A stretch of 39,460 nt of DNA from a virus. Under the pieces are notes generated by a model. It was not told the origin of the DNA. It did not search any database and was given only the letters and a program-made list of their open reading frames with translations. Of this stretch, positions 7,593 to 15,302 are shown piece by piece. Location of the stretch: IMG/VR virus record IMGVR_UViG_3300045988_131409; one strand, 5' to 3'. Both the position numbers and the translations under genes were made by a program. The number at the start of each line of letters is the position of its first letter. Positions within the stretch are counted from its first letter, which is position 1.

Positions 7593-8699
7593 ATGACATG
7601 GACCCAGATAGACGACGGGCTCAACTTCAGCCCGCAGACCATGCCCGGCACGGTATCAAACGCCGCGTTGGGCCTATGGGTCAGACTCTGCGTGCACACC
7701 GCGTACCAGCTGCGATTTCCCGCATTCGACGGCGCATTCGACCTCACGGTCGTGCGCTCGCTGAAAGGCAACGCACGGCAGGTGACGGAACTGGAGGCCG
7801 CGGGAATGCTCGAACCGGCGCTCGCCGCCGGCCGGTGGATGGTGGTCGAGGCCGACACCCTGATGAAATTCGGCGGCACTTCCGGCAGCGAACTCAAGGA
7901 GAAAAGAGCCAAGGCCGGGCATGCCGGCGGCGTCGCTTCGGGCGAGTCTCGGCGAAGCAAACGCGAAGCAAATGCTTCGAAGCAAAACGAAGCAAGTGCT
8001 TCAAGCAAACCGCGAAGCAAGACCGAAGCAAACCATGAAGCAAAAGACGAAGCAAACGGTGAAGCAAAACCGAAGCAAACGTCTGAAGCAAAACGAAGCA
8101 ATTGCTTCGAAGCAAACGAAGCAACCGGTCCTAACCTAACCATACCTAGCCTTACCTCCCCTGTAGCCCCCTCCGCACCGAACGCCGAGCCGAGCCAAGC
8201 CGTGGCCGAATCCGGCCACGCCAGGCCGGTGCCGAGCCTCGCCGAAGCCGAGGCCTTGGCCGAGGCCGACCCGTTCGCGTTCGCCTGGGACCGGTACCCG
8301 AGCCATACCGGCAGCCGCGACCAAGCCCAAAACCTGTGGCAGGCCGTCACCAGCGGCAGCGACCCGACCATGCCCCAGGCCGAGCCGAGCCAGCTGCTCG
8401 GCGCCGTCATCCGCTACGCCCAGACCGTGCGCCAGGACGGCGACCGGTTCGTGCCGTCGATGCGCAAATGGCTCGAAAACCGGCAATACACGCAATGGCT
8501 CCAAAGCGTGCCGAAACGCACCGAATGGGGCGGCGTCACCCGCCAATGGCTCCAAACCCACGCCATCAGCCAAGTCCCCGAAGGCTCGTGGACGGACAGC
8601 GTCGAACAGACGTTCTGGGCCCACGTCAAAACCGGCGAAGAGCCGGAGACCGTGGCGCAACGGCTCGTGACGGAAATCAACGAAAGGCATCAAGCATGA
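7593..8699 (+). CDS. Putative replication initiator/organizer with internal origin repeats
   Basis: Located in the replication module. It has a central low-complexity EAK/EAN segment encoded by the iteron array, and a C-terminal FAWDRYP...RKWLENRQY motif common in phage replication organizers. Confidence 0.55.
   Translation: MTWTQIDDGLNFSPQTMPGTVSNAALGLWVRLCVHTAYQLRFPAFDGAFDLTVVRSLKGNARQVTELEAAGMLEPALAAGRWMVVEADTLMKFGGTSGSELKEKRAKAGHAGGVASGESRRSKREANASKQNEASASSKPRSKTEANHEAKDEANGEAKPKQTSEAKRSNCFEANEATGPNLTIPSLTSPVAPSAPNAEPSQAVAESGHARPVPSLAEAEALAEADPFAFAWDRYPSHTGSRDQAQNLWQAVTSGSDPTMPQAEPSQLLGAVIRYAQTVRQDGDRFVPSMRKWLENRQYTQWLQSVPKRTEWGGVTRQWLQTHAISQVPEGSWTDSVEQTFWAHVKTGEEPETVAQRLVTEINERHQA
7954..8124 (+). 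repeat. Iteron-like array: 14 exact GAAGCAA plus 1 variant
   Basis: Copy starts: 7954, 7965, 7979, 7989, 8002 (CAAGCAA), 8014, 8025, 8037, 8049, 8061, 8072, 8085, 8095, 8109, 8118. Spacing is 9-14 bp. Three copies are embedded in palindromes, for example CGAAGCAATTGCTTCG at 8094..8109. Confidence 0.85.
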
Positions 8700-9109
8700 G
8701 CGACCAACCCACAGCCGCGACCCTGCGCCTCGTGGAAGGTCGCGAAAACAACCGGTGCATCGTCTGCGACCGATACCTGCGCAACGGCGAATGGCCCGGC
8801 AGCAGCCACCACCACCGGAAACGCCGCAGCCAGACTTACGGCGACCCCGAACGGCACGCGCCATCGAACGTCATCGACGTGTGCGGCACGGACAACAGCA
8901 CCGGATGCCACGGATGGATCCACCAGCACCCCGAACAAGCCCGAGCATTGGGCTACCTGCTCAAAAGCTACGACCCCGAGCCAAGCCAAGTGCCCGTGTA
9001 CAGCTGCCGGCGCGGCTGGATACTGCTCGACACCGACGGCCAATGGCATTCATGCCCGCCACCCGAAGACCTCCCCACCCACATCAACATCAAGAAAGGC
9101 AACGAATGA
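8696..9109 (+). CDS. HNH-type endonuclease
   Basis: CIVCDR ... GSSHHHRKRRS ... NVIDVCG ... CHGWIHQHP. ATGA coupling to the upstream gene. Confidence 0.6.
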   Translation: MSDQPTAATLRLVEGRENNRCIVCDRYLRNGEWPGSSHHHRKRRSQTYGDPERHAPSNVIDVCGTDNSTGCHGWIHQHPEQARALGYLLKSYDPEPSQVPVYSCRRGWILLDTDGQWHSCPPPEDLPTHINIKKGNE

Positions 9110-9294
9110 ACGCCCACACAGCAACCCCGAACCGCCCCAACCCCGTCATCGAACTCATCCGACGTCTCCGAAAGGCCACCCACCGACCCGAACCGGCCAA
9201 CGATCCGACCATCTGCGCGATCTGCGGCGCACCACTCACCGACACCACGTCATCCATCTGCCCCGACTGCCAGGAACTCGAAAAGGACTGGTAA
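9106..9294 (+). CDS. Small zinc-ribbon protein (62 aa)
   Basis: CAICG ... CPDC motifs, with ATGA coupling. Confidence 0.5.
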   Translation: MNAHTATPNRPNPVIELIRRLRKATHRPEPANDPTICAICGAPLTDTTSSICPDCQELEKDW

Positions 9295-9296
9295 GC

Positions 9297-9401
9297 ATGC
9301 ACACCACCGCATGGATCAACGACCCCGTCAACAGCCCGAACCATTACACGCGCTCACACCCCGGCATGGAATGCATCGACCAAGAAAGGGACCAACAATG
9401 A
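9297..9401 (+). pseudogene. Short ORF resembling only the N-terminus of DUF3310-type phage proteins
   Basis: The 34-aa translation MHTTAWINDPVNSPNHYTRSHPGMECIDQERDQQ contains the P.HY...G.E.ID start typical of that family, then terminates. Confidence 0.3.
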
Positions 9402-9622
9402 CCAACCCCAACACCTACAACACGGCCTGCGTCACCGGCGTCATCGACAACGTGGACTTCACGCTACGCGACGACTCCACCAGCGTGACCATGCTCATCC
9501 CACCCGACACCCCGGTAGGCACCAGAACCATCATCATCCCCCAAGGCTTCACCCTCGCCGAACACCGGATCATCCGCGAAGCCATCGCCGACGCGCTCGC
9601 CGACCACGGGGAGGAACTATGA
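9398..9622 (+). CDS. Hypothetical 74-aa protein
   Basis: ATGA coupling, with a protein-like translation from MTNPNTYNT. Confidence 0.5.
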   Translation: MTNPNTYNTACVTGVIDNVDFTLRDDSTSVTMLIPPDTPVGTRTIIIPQGFTLAEHRIIREAIADALADHGEEL

Positions 9623-10227
9623 GCCCCGAAAAACCAGACGCTTTGCTGTGGATGGACGTGGAAACCACCGGCCTCGATGCGAACATGTGTTCGATACTCG
9701 AAATCGGCCTGCGCTGCACCAGCATGGACGCAACCCGCGAGCACGCGCGCCTCGAAGCGGTCGTCCACATCAGCCGGGAGACCATGCTCTCCGCGCAACT
9801 GCCCGCCCTGGACCTGCATCTGAGCAACGGTCTGCTCGCCCAATGCGAGACCAGCGACCCCGTCCACTGCTCACCCGAGGCAATCGCACGGGAAGCCACA
9901 AGGTTCATCGGGGACATGGCCGGCATGTACACCTTGCATCCCGCAGGCACGAACATCCAACACTTCGATTTGCCCATGATCCTCAGATTCTGCGCCAAGG
10001 CCCGCGTATTCGATTCATCGCCCATCGATAGCCTGCTGTCCTACCGGGCCCTCGACGTGACCACACTGCGCCTCACCGCCAAGACCCTCGGCCAAGACCC
10101 CTACACGCACCGGGCGAAGCCCACGCACCGAGTCCACGACTGCCTGAACAGGGACATCGCGGAATACCGCCACTACCTCACCCTCATGACGGGGCCGGCG
10201 CTCGCAGAAAAGGAGGACCGGCCATGA
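9619..10227 (+). CDS. DEDDh 3'-5' exonuclease, oligoribonuclease (Orn)/RNase T-like
   Basis: LLWMDVETTGLD (Exo I), AGTNIQHFDLPMI (Exo II) and THRVHDCLNRDIAEYRHY (Exo III with His). It aligns by eye along E. coli Orn. Confidence 0.75.
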   Translation: MSPEKPDALLWMDVETTGLDANMCSILEIGLRCTSMDATREHARLEAVVHISRETMLSAQLPALDLHLSNGLLAQCETSDPVHCSPEAIAREATRFIGDMAGMYTLHPAGTNIQHFDLPMILRFCAKARVFDSSPIDSLLSYRALDVTTLRLTAKTLGQDPYTHRAKPTHRVHDCLNRDIAEYRHYLTLMTGPALAEKEDRP

Positions 10228-10370
10228 AGCCACGTTGCATCCTGTGCCGCAAGCCCGTGCCCGACAATCACACCCGATGCGTCAAACACTGGCTCAACAA
10301 CCAGGACCAATGGATGGAGGACGACCAACCGGCACACGAGCACTGCACCCCACGAAGGAGACCCGCATGA
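10224..10370 (+). CDS. Small Cys/His protein (48 aa)
   Basis: MKPRCILCRKPVPDNHTRCVKHW, with ATGA coupling at both ends. Confidence 0.4.
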   Translation: MKPRCILCRKPVPDNHTRCVKHWLNNQDQWMEDDQPAHEHCTPRRRPA

Positions 10371-10561
10371 GCCACACGGCACGAATCTGGACACAAGACC
10401 AACTCACCGAGGCATTGGCGAGCGCCTGCGTGCTGGAAGGCGTGAGCATCCTGCACTTCGGCCAATACTCCGATACGGCCATCCGGAACCTCAAGGCGGT
10501 GGCCAAGACCATGTACGAGACCAGCGGCATGCCGACCATCGTGGAGGACGACGATGAGTGA
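10367..10561 (+). CDS. Hypothetical 64-aa protein
   Basis: AAGGAG RBS before ATG 10367. Confidence 0.5.
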   Translation: MSHTARIWTQDQLTEALASACVLEGVSILHFGQYSDTAIRNLKAVAKTMYETSGMPTIVEDDDE

Positions 10562-10874
10562 CCTCACCCAACAGGCCCTCGCGGCGCTCGCCGACGCGGG
10601 GCTGGGCAACGAGTCAGCCGCCGAATCGTTTGTGCTGGGCTATCAGACGGGCTATGACGCGGCGCTCAACCTGGTCATCCGCATCGAAAACGAACTCAAC
10701 GCGGACGAGCCCACAGACGAGGAGATCGAGACCTGCGCCCGAGGGTTCTTCGAGGGCACACCCGGCCCCACCAACTGGGACGCCGTCAGCGAAGTCTCCA
10801 AACAGGCATGGCTGCACGCGGCCAAAAAGGCGCTCGCAGCCGTCAACGCCATGAAAACAAAGGAACAACAATGA
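10554..10874 (+). CDS. Hypothetical acidic protein
   Basis: ORF track entry with a protein-like, coupled translation. Confidence 0.6.
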   Translation: MSDLTQQALAALADAGLGNESAAESFVLGYQTGYDAALNLVIRIENELNADEPTDEEIETCARGFFEGTPGPTNWDAVSEVSKQAWLHAAKKALAAVNAMKTKEQQ

Positions 10875-10984
10875 ACGAGAACACAACCCTCACCGACATC
10901 ATCGACGCGGCGCTCGCCGCCGGATGCCAGATCAGCGTGACCGTCACACCAAAAGACTTCTACGAACAGGAGCCGGAAGAATGA
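10871..10984 (+). CDS. Small ORF (37 aa)
   Basis: ATGA coupling at both ends. Confidence 0.35.
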   Translation: MNENTTLTDIIDAALAAGCQISVTVTPKDFYEQEPEE

Positions 10985-11230
10985 ACGTGAGCGAAAGCAT
11001 CGACTGGAAGCACTCCACACCGAGCGAACTGTTCCTGCACCGGTTCGTCGCCATCACGAAGAGCGGCCAGACACTGGACGGCTACCTCTCCTACTTCCCC
11101 CCAAAACGGCTGGTGGATCCTCCAGGACGCGGACAACCTCACCACCGTCATCAAACCGGACGCCAACGGCAACCCCACACTCAACACCGAACTCTTCCGC
11201 TCCATCAACGTGCTCAAGGAGATAAGATGA
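10981..11230 (+). pseudogene. Gene interrupted by a +1 frame change at a C6A4 run
   Basis: Frame 0 is protein-like up to YLSYFP. After 11097..11106 (CCCCCCAAAA) it becomes Pro/His/Arg/Gln-rich junk. The +1 frame reads GWWILQDADNLTTVIKPDANGNPTLNTELFRSINVLKEIR and stops at 11228..11230. Confidence 0.6.
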
Positions 11231-11285
11231 AAGAAATTACATTACTCACCACCGATTTTTACATTAGCGTGCTCGGAGGCACGCG

Positions 11286-11549
11286 ATGAAGCGCGGAAGC
11301 TGGTCGGTGGAATCCACCATCGGGCTCGTCTTCACCATCGTCATCGCCGTCATCGTCGCGATGGTGCTGGCCGTCATCGGCCTCACCGCCTACGCGGTTA
11401 CGACCCCGGCACCGGAACAGACCATCATCCAGAAAGTCGAAACCACCGGCGATGTGCGCCGCCTGTGCATCGAAGCCAAGACCGGCGAGCGCATCGATGC
11501 CATTTCATGCGATTTGATTGACCCGCGCACGGGAGGAGTCAGGGAATGA
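11286..11549 (+). CDS. Membrane protein (87 aa)
   Basis: N-terminal TM segment IGLVFTIVIAVIVAMVLAVIGLTAYAV. Confidence 0.6.
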   Translation: MKRGSWSVESTIGLVFTIVIAVIVAMVLAVIGLTAYAVTTPAPEQTIIQKVETTGDVRRLCIEAKTGERIDAISCDLIDPRTGGVRE

Positions 11550-11737
11550 CCAGCCAGGAACAACGCGACAAGGTGCTTCGCATGATGCACAACCAGAACA
11601 CGACGCTCGAGATTTCCGGCCAGCTCGGCATCCCGTTGTGTGAGGTCGTCGCCATCATCCAATCACAAGGCAGGCCGCCAGCACCGCCGAGGAAGGTGGA
11701 GTTCATCGAACCCACGTTCGACATTCCACGGGAATAA
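11546..11737 (+). CDS. Small HTH protein
   Basis: NTTLEISGQLGIPLCEVVAIIQS resembles sigma-r4/HTH_23-type helices. Confidence 0.5.
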   Translation: MTSQEQRDKVLRMMHNQNTTLEISGQLGIPLCEVVAIIQSQGRPPAPPRKVEFIEPTFDIPRE

Positions 11738-11806
11738 ACGAAACCCTCCACCGGGGCGGAGGGCATGTCTGCAAACAACCAGTGTAGCCGACGTGGAGGG
11801 GTTTCG

Positions 11807-12559
11807 ATGGATTGCCAGAATTGTGGTGCGCCCGTTGATGAGGGGTGGACGTTGTGTGTGGCGTGCGAGCTGAGATTCGCCGGCATGCTGCTGCGTCTGG
11901 CGCGTGACGTCACGCCATTGCATGACAGCCTCGACGCGACATTGCATCCGGGCGGGCATGCGCCCGTGCGCATCCAGACGGCCACGCCGCCCACGCCTAT
12001 CAGGCTGGACGTGCTCGACCTCATCGACATGCTCGACGCCACCGCACGCGAACTCTGGCGCTGCCTCGACGGCATCGACGCCTTGGATTGGCACAAGGAT
12101 CCACGCATGGAGGACCTCGAGGCCACGCTCATCGCATGCGCCGGCCACCCCAAACTCGCCACATTCCACGACGCAGGCCTCTACATGCACATCATCAACA
12201 ACCTTGCCCGCAAGGTCGACCTCGCATTGGATCCGCCCGAACAACGCAGGGAGATCGGCACATGCGAACTATGCGAGACCATGCTCACCGCAGGCGCGGC
12301 AGACCAGTGGGTCACCTGTCCCGTGTGCGGGAGGGAACAGCGAGCGCAGACGGTCAAACTGCGTAGGCTCAAGACGTTGTGTTGGGATGATTCCAGGCGC
12401 GGGTCTGCGGCGGAGATAGCCAAGGCGTTCACCGACGCGGGAATCACCGTGCGCAGGGGCACGCTCAACGTGTGGGTCAACCGGGGCAAGCTGTGCAACG
12501 GCCCTCAGGGCATCGCCTACTGCGACGTGTACCGGCTCGTGGTCGGAGGTGCAGCTTGA
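11807..12559 (+). CDS. Zinc-ribbon plus C-terminal HTH protein (possible late regulator)
   Basis: CQNCG...CVAC and CELCE...CPVCG ribbons, with C-terminal AAEIAKAFTDAGITVRRGTLNVWVNRG. GGAGG lies before ATG 11807; the alternative start 11765 has a poorly spaced SD. It is the last gene before the early/late terminator. Confidence 0.6.
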   Translation: MDCQNCGAPVDEGWTLCVACELRFAGMLLRLARDVTPLHDSLDATLHPGGHAPVRIQTATPPTPIRLDVLDLIDMLDATARELWRCLDGIDALDWHKDPRMEDLEATLIACAGHPKLATFHDAGLYMHIINNLARKVDLALDPPEQRREIGTCELCETMLTAGAADQWVTCPVCGREQRAQTVKLRRLKTLCWDDSRRGSAAEIAKAFTDAGITVRRGTLNVWVNRGKLCNGPQGIAYCDVYRLVVGGAA

Positions 12560-12603
12560 CAAAATCTCGACTGTAACCGATGATTGCAGTGGCAGAAGTG
12601 TCG

Positions 12604-12631
12604 AAAAACCCAGCTCACGTGGCTGGGTTTT
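12604..12631 (+). terminator. Intrinsic terminator at the early/late boundary
   Basis: AAAAA, CCCAGC (12609..12614), 7-nt loop, GCTGGG (12622..12627), TTTT. Confidence 0.7.
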
Positions 12632-12741
12632 CGCGTATCTGACCGCATTGCATGGGGCGAGAGTACTCCGCCGGCACGTCCAAAGCGCCGGTGATGTTCG
12701 CCCCGCCACTCTTTTTCATTTGATTGTGAGGCGATGACGCC

Positions 12742-12945
12742 ATGACAATGCCAGGCATGCCGACCATCAGCCTGCAGATCACGTGCAGGGGGAATACCAT
12801 CGCCGACATCGACGCCCTCCCGGTGCCCGTGAGCGTCACCCCGGCCGGGCATATTGTGGTCGACCCCCTCGAACCCATCGTGCGCCGGGCCGTGCAGGCG
12901 TTCGCGGACGCCTGGCAGCAGTCGTGCGACAAGGCCGGGTCATGA
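12742..12945 (+). CDS. Hypothetical 67-aa protein
   Basis: ORF track entry, coupled by ATGA to the HNH gene. Confidence 0.5.
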   Translation: MTMPGMPTISLQITCRGNTIADIDALPVPVSVTPAGHIVVDPLEPIVRRAVQAFADAWQQSCDKAGS

Positions 12946-13295
12946 GCGGCCACCGTGGCAACACCCGTCATGCCAATGGCTGGCGACGCCAGCAGGTCGC
13001 GGCCCGCGTGCTGGCGGCCTACGACACATGCCACCTGTGCGGCAGGCCCGTGGACAAATCATTGCCGCCGGGATTGCCGGGCTCGCCCGAGGTGGACGAG
13101 ATCATACCCGTCAGCAAGGGCGGCTCGCCATACCTGTTCAGCAACTGCCGGCTCGCGCACCGCTGGTGCAACCGCGTCCGCTCCAACCACAGCGTCGAAT
13201 GGGCGCGCGAACGCATCAAACAGATTCTTCAACAGGGGCACCCGGCCGACCTGAAGGCCACCTCGATGCCATTGGTGACAAGCGGCGAGTGGTGA
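12942..13295 (+). CDS. HNH endonuclease (terminase-associated type)
   Basis: CHLCGRPVD ... EVDEIIPVSKGGSPY..NCRLAHRWCN. It lies immediately upstream of the terminase genes. Confidence 0.8.
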   Translation: MSGHRGNTRHANGWRRQQVAARVLAAYDTCHLCGRPVDKSLPPGLPGSPEVDEIIPVSKGGSPYLFSNCRLAHRWCNRVRSNHSVEWARERIKQILQQGHPADLKATSMPLVTSGEW

Positions 13296-13369
13296 ACGTG
13301 GGGAGGAGACCCGCCCGGCCCGGTCGAAGCCCCCTCGGGCGCAGGGCCGATATCTCCCCGGCATGTCAA

Positions 13370-13416
13370 AACGTAACGCCTTGGACGGCCGTTACGTTAT
13401 CCCGTTACGTTTTTTT
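13370..13416 (+). promoter_or_regulatory. CGTTACG repeat/hairpin plus T7 run (cos/packaging-site candidate)
   Basis: AACGTAACG (13370..13378) is the reverse complement of CGTTACGTT (13390..13398). A third CGTTACG at 13403..13409 is followed by TTTTTTT. Confidence 0.35.
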
Positions 13417-13429
13417 GGAGGTGAGCGCG

Positions 13430-13870
13430 GTGATCTGCGAGGAATGCGGCCAGCCGTTCGCCCCGTCCGGCCGTGGAAAGAAAGCGAAATACTGTTCGGC
13501 CAAATGCAAGCAGCGCGCCTACCGCAGGGCCAAGCGCATGAGCCGCGTCACCACTCCTCCCGCCCCGGCCGGGGACGTGGAACATGAGCCCGAGGCGATG
13601 GACGCCCTCACCGCCGCCGATTTCGAGGCGATGATGAACGACGGGCCCGAGGACTACGTGAGCGTGCTCAAACGCACGCAGGCCCGGCTCAAGGAAGCCA
13701 TGTTCAGCGCCGGCACCCCGCCGGGCAGCCTGACCGGCATCAGCAAGCAGCTGCTCGCCCTGACCCGCGAAATCGAACGGCTCGAAGGCAACCCCGTACA
13801 AGGCATGACGACGCAAGAAGATCCGGAGGACGACGACGATGACGGAGAATTCCGACCCGAAGCTATCTGA
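13430..13870 (+). CDS. Terminase small subunit
   Basis: N-terminal zinc ribbon CEECG...YCSAKCKQRAYRRAKR, an acidic tail and a position before TerL. GGAGGTGA RBS before GTG 13430. Confidence 0.7.
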   Translation: MICEECGQPFAPSGRGKKAKYCSAKCKQRAYRRAKRMSRVTTPPAPAGDVEHEPEAMDALTAADFEAMMNDGPEDYVSVLKRTQARLKEAMFSAGTPPGSLTGISKQLLALTREIERLEGNPVQGMTTQEDPEDDDDDGEFRPEAI

Positions 13871-15302
13871 GGTCGCACGCCACATCGTCATGCCCTCCGG
13901 CATCGTCACCAGCATGTTCCCCAAGGTCAACAAGCGCGCCAAAGCATGCGGCATCCGCTACGACCGCTGGCAGCAGGGACTGCTGACGCTCATCCTCGGC
14001 CGAAGGGCCGACGGCACGTTCGCCGCGTCCGTCGGCGGCGTGGTGTTGAGCATCTGCCGCCAGACCGGCAAGACCTTCACCGTCTCCAGCCTCGTGGTCA
14101 TCCTGTGCACGCTCATCCCCGACCTGACCGTCATCTGGACCGCGCACCACAACCGCACCAACAGCAACACGTTCGACCACGTGCGCACCCTGGTACGCAA
14201 CCCCGCGCTCATCGGATACCTCGACCACTCCGGCCGCACCGACGGCGTGCGCGGCGGCAACGGCATGCAGGAAATCACCTTCGCCAACGGCAGCAAGATA
14301 TTGTTCGGCGCACGAGCCCAAGGCTTCGCCCGAGGCAACGACGCCGTAGACATCATCGTGTTCGATGAAGCGCAGATCCTGACCGAACAGGCCATCAGCG
14401 ACATGGTGCCCGCCACCAACACCAGCCCCAACGCGCTCGTCCTCTACATCGGCACCCCACCGCGCCCCGCCGACCCCGGAGAAGCGTTCACGGAACGCCG
14501 CCGCCAGGCGCTCGCCGGCGAGGACGACATGCTCTACGTGGAATTCTCCGCCGACCGCGACGCCGACAGCGACGACCGCGCCCAATGGAGGAAAGCCAAC
14601 CCGAGCTTCCCGCGCCGCACCAGCGAAACCAGCATGCTGCGCATGCAACGCCAGCTCGGCAAGGACAGCTTCCGCCGCGAGGCACTGGGCATCTGGGACG
14701 AGACCACCACCAGCCAGGCCATCAACCCCGAACAATGGGCCAAAGCCGCCACCGGCACACCCAACATCAAAGGACTGATCGGCTACGCGCTCGACATGAA
14801 ACCCGACCGCAGCTCGCTGGCCATCGGCGGCGCCGTCAACCACAGGGACGGCACCGCGCACATCGAACTGCGCCGCTTCGAGGCCACCCAATCCAAAGGC
14901 ACCCAATGGGCGGTCGACTACATCGCCGACCACTGGCCGCGCACCGCGAGCGTGGCCATCGACTCGCAATCACCCGCCATGAGCCTGCTGGCCGACCTCA
15001 AAGCCCGGCACGTGAAAGTCATCGTCACCAACTACAGCGACATGGGCCGTGCCTGCGGCAAATTCCTCGACATGCTCAGAGACGGCAAACTCACCCACCT
15101 GCCGGACGACAAAGCACCGGCGCTCGCCACGGCCGTGGCCAACGCCACCACACGCAGCATCGGCAAATCCGGCGCCGTCGGATGGAACCCGATGGGCAGC
15201 GACATCGACATAAGCCCCCTGGTGGCCTGCACGCTCGCCCTCTACGGCACGACCATAACCAAACGAGACCCGGACCGAGTACAGGAGGTCATGATCGGAT
15301 GA
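13839..15302 (+). CDS. Terminase large subunit
   Basis: Walker A-like CRQTGKT and Walker B IIVFDEAQ, 487 aa, followed by the portal gene. Confidence 0.9.
   Translation: MTENSDPKLSEVARHIVMPSGIVTSMFPKVNKRAKACGIRYDRWQQGLLTLILGRRADGTFAASVGGVVLSICRQTGKTFTVSSLVVILCTLIPDLTVIWTAHHNRTNSNTFDHVRTLVRNPALIGYLDHSGRTDGVRGGNGMQEITFANGSKILFGARAQGFARGNDAVDIIVFDEAQILTEQAISDMVPATNTSPNALVLYIGTPPRPADPGEAFTERRRQALAGEDDMLYVEFSADRDADSDDRAQWRKANPSFPRRTSETSMLRMQRQLGKDSFRREALGIWDETTTSQAINPEQWAKAATGTPNIKGLIGYALDMKPDRSSLAIGGAVNHRDGTAHIELRRFEATQSKGTQWAVDYIADHWPRTASVAIDSQSPAMSLLADLKARHVKVIVTNYSDMGRACGKFLDMLRDGKLTHLPDDKAPALATAVANATTRSIGKSGAVGWNPMGSDIDISPLVACTLALYGTTITKRDPDRVQEVMIG

Noticed and set aside
7954-8124. The GAAGCAA repeat array as a CRISPR array or a simple coding microsatellite.
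   Set aside because: The units are 7 nt with 2-7-nt spacers, far too short for CRISPR. The spacing is irregular rather than a strict tandem repeat and includes palindromes, which fits iterons better.
11100-11106. C.CCA.AAA in gene 10981..11230 as a programmed -1 frameshift site.
   Set aside because: The -1 frame after the site is Ser/Thr/Pro/Arg-rich junk. The protein-like continuation is in the +1 frame, which fits a 1-nt indel in the homopolymer.
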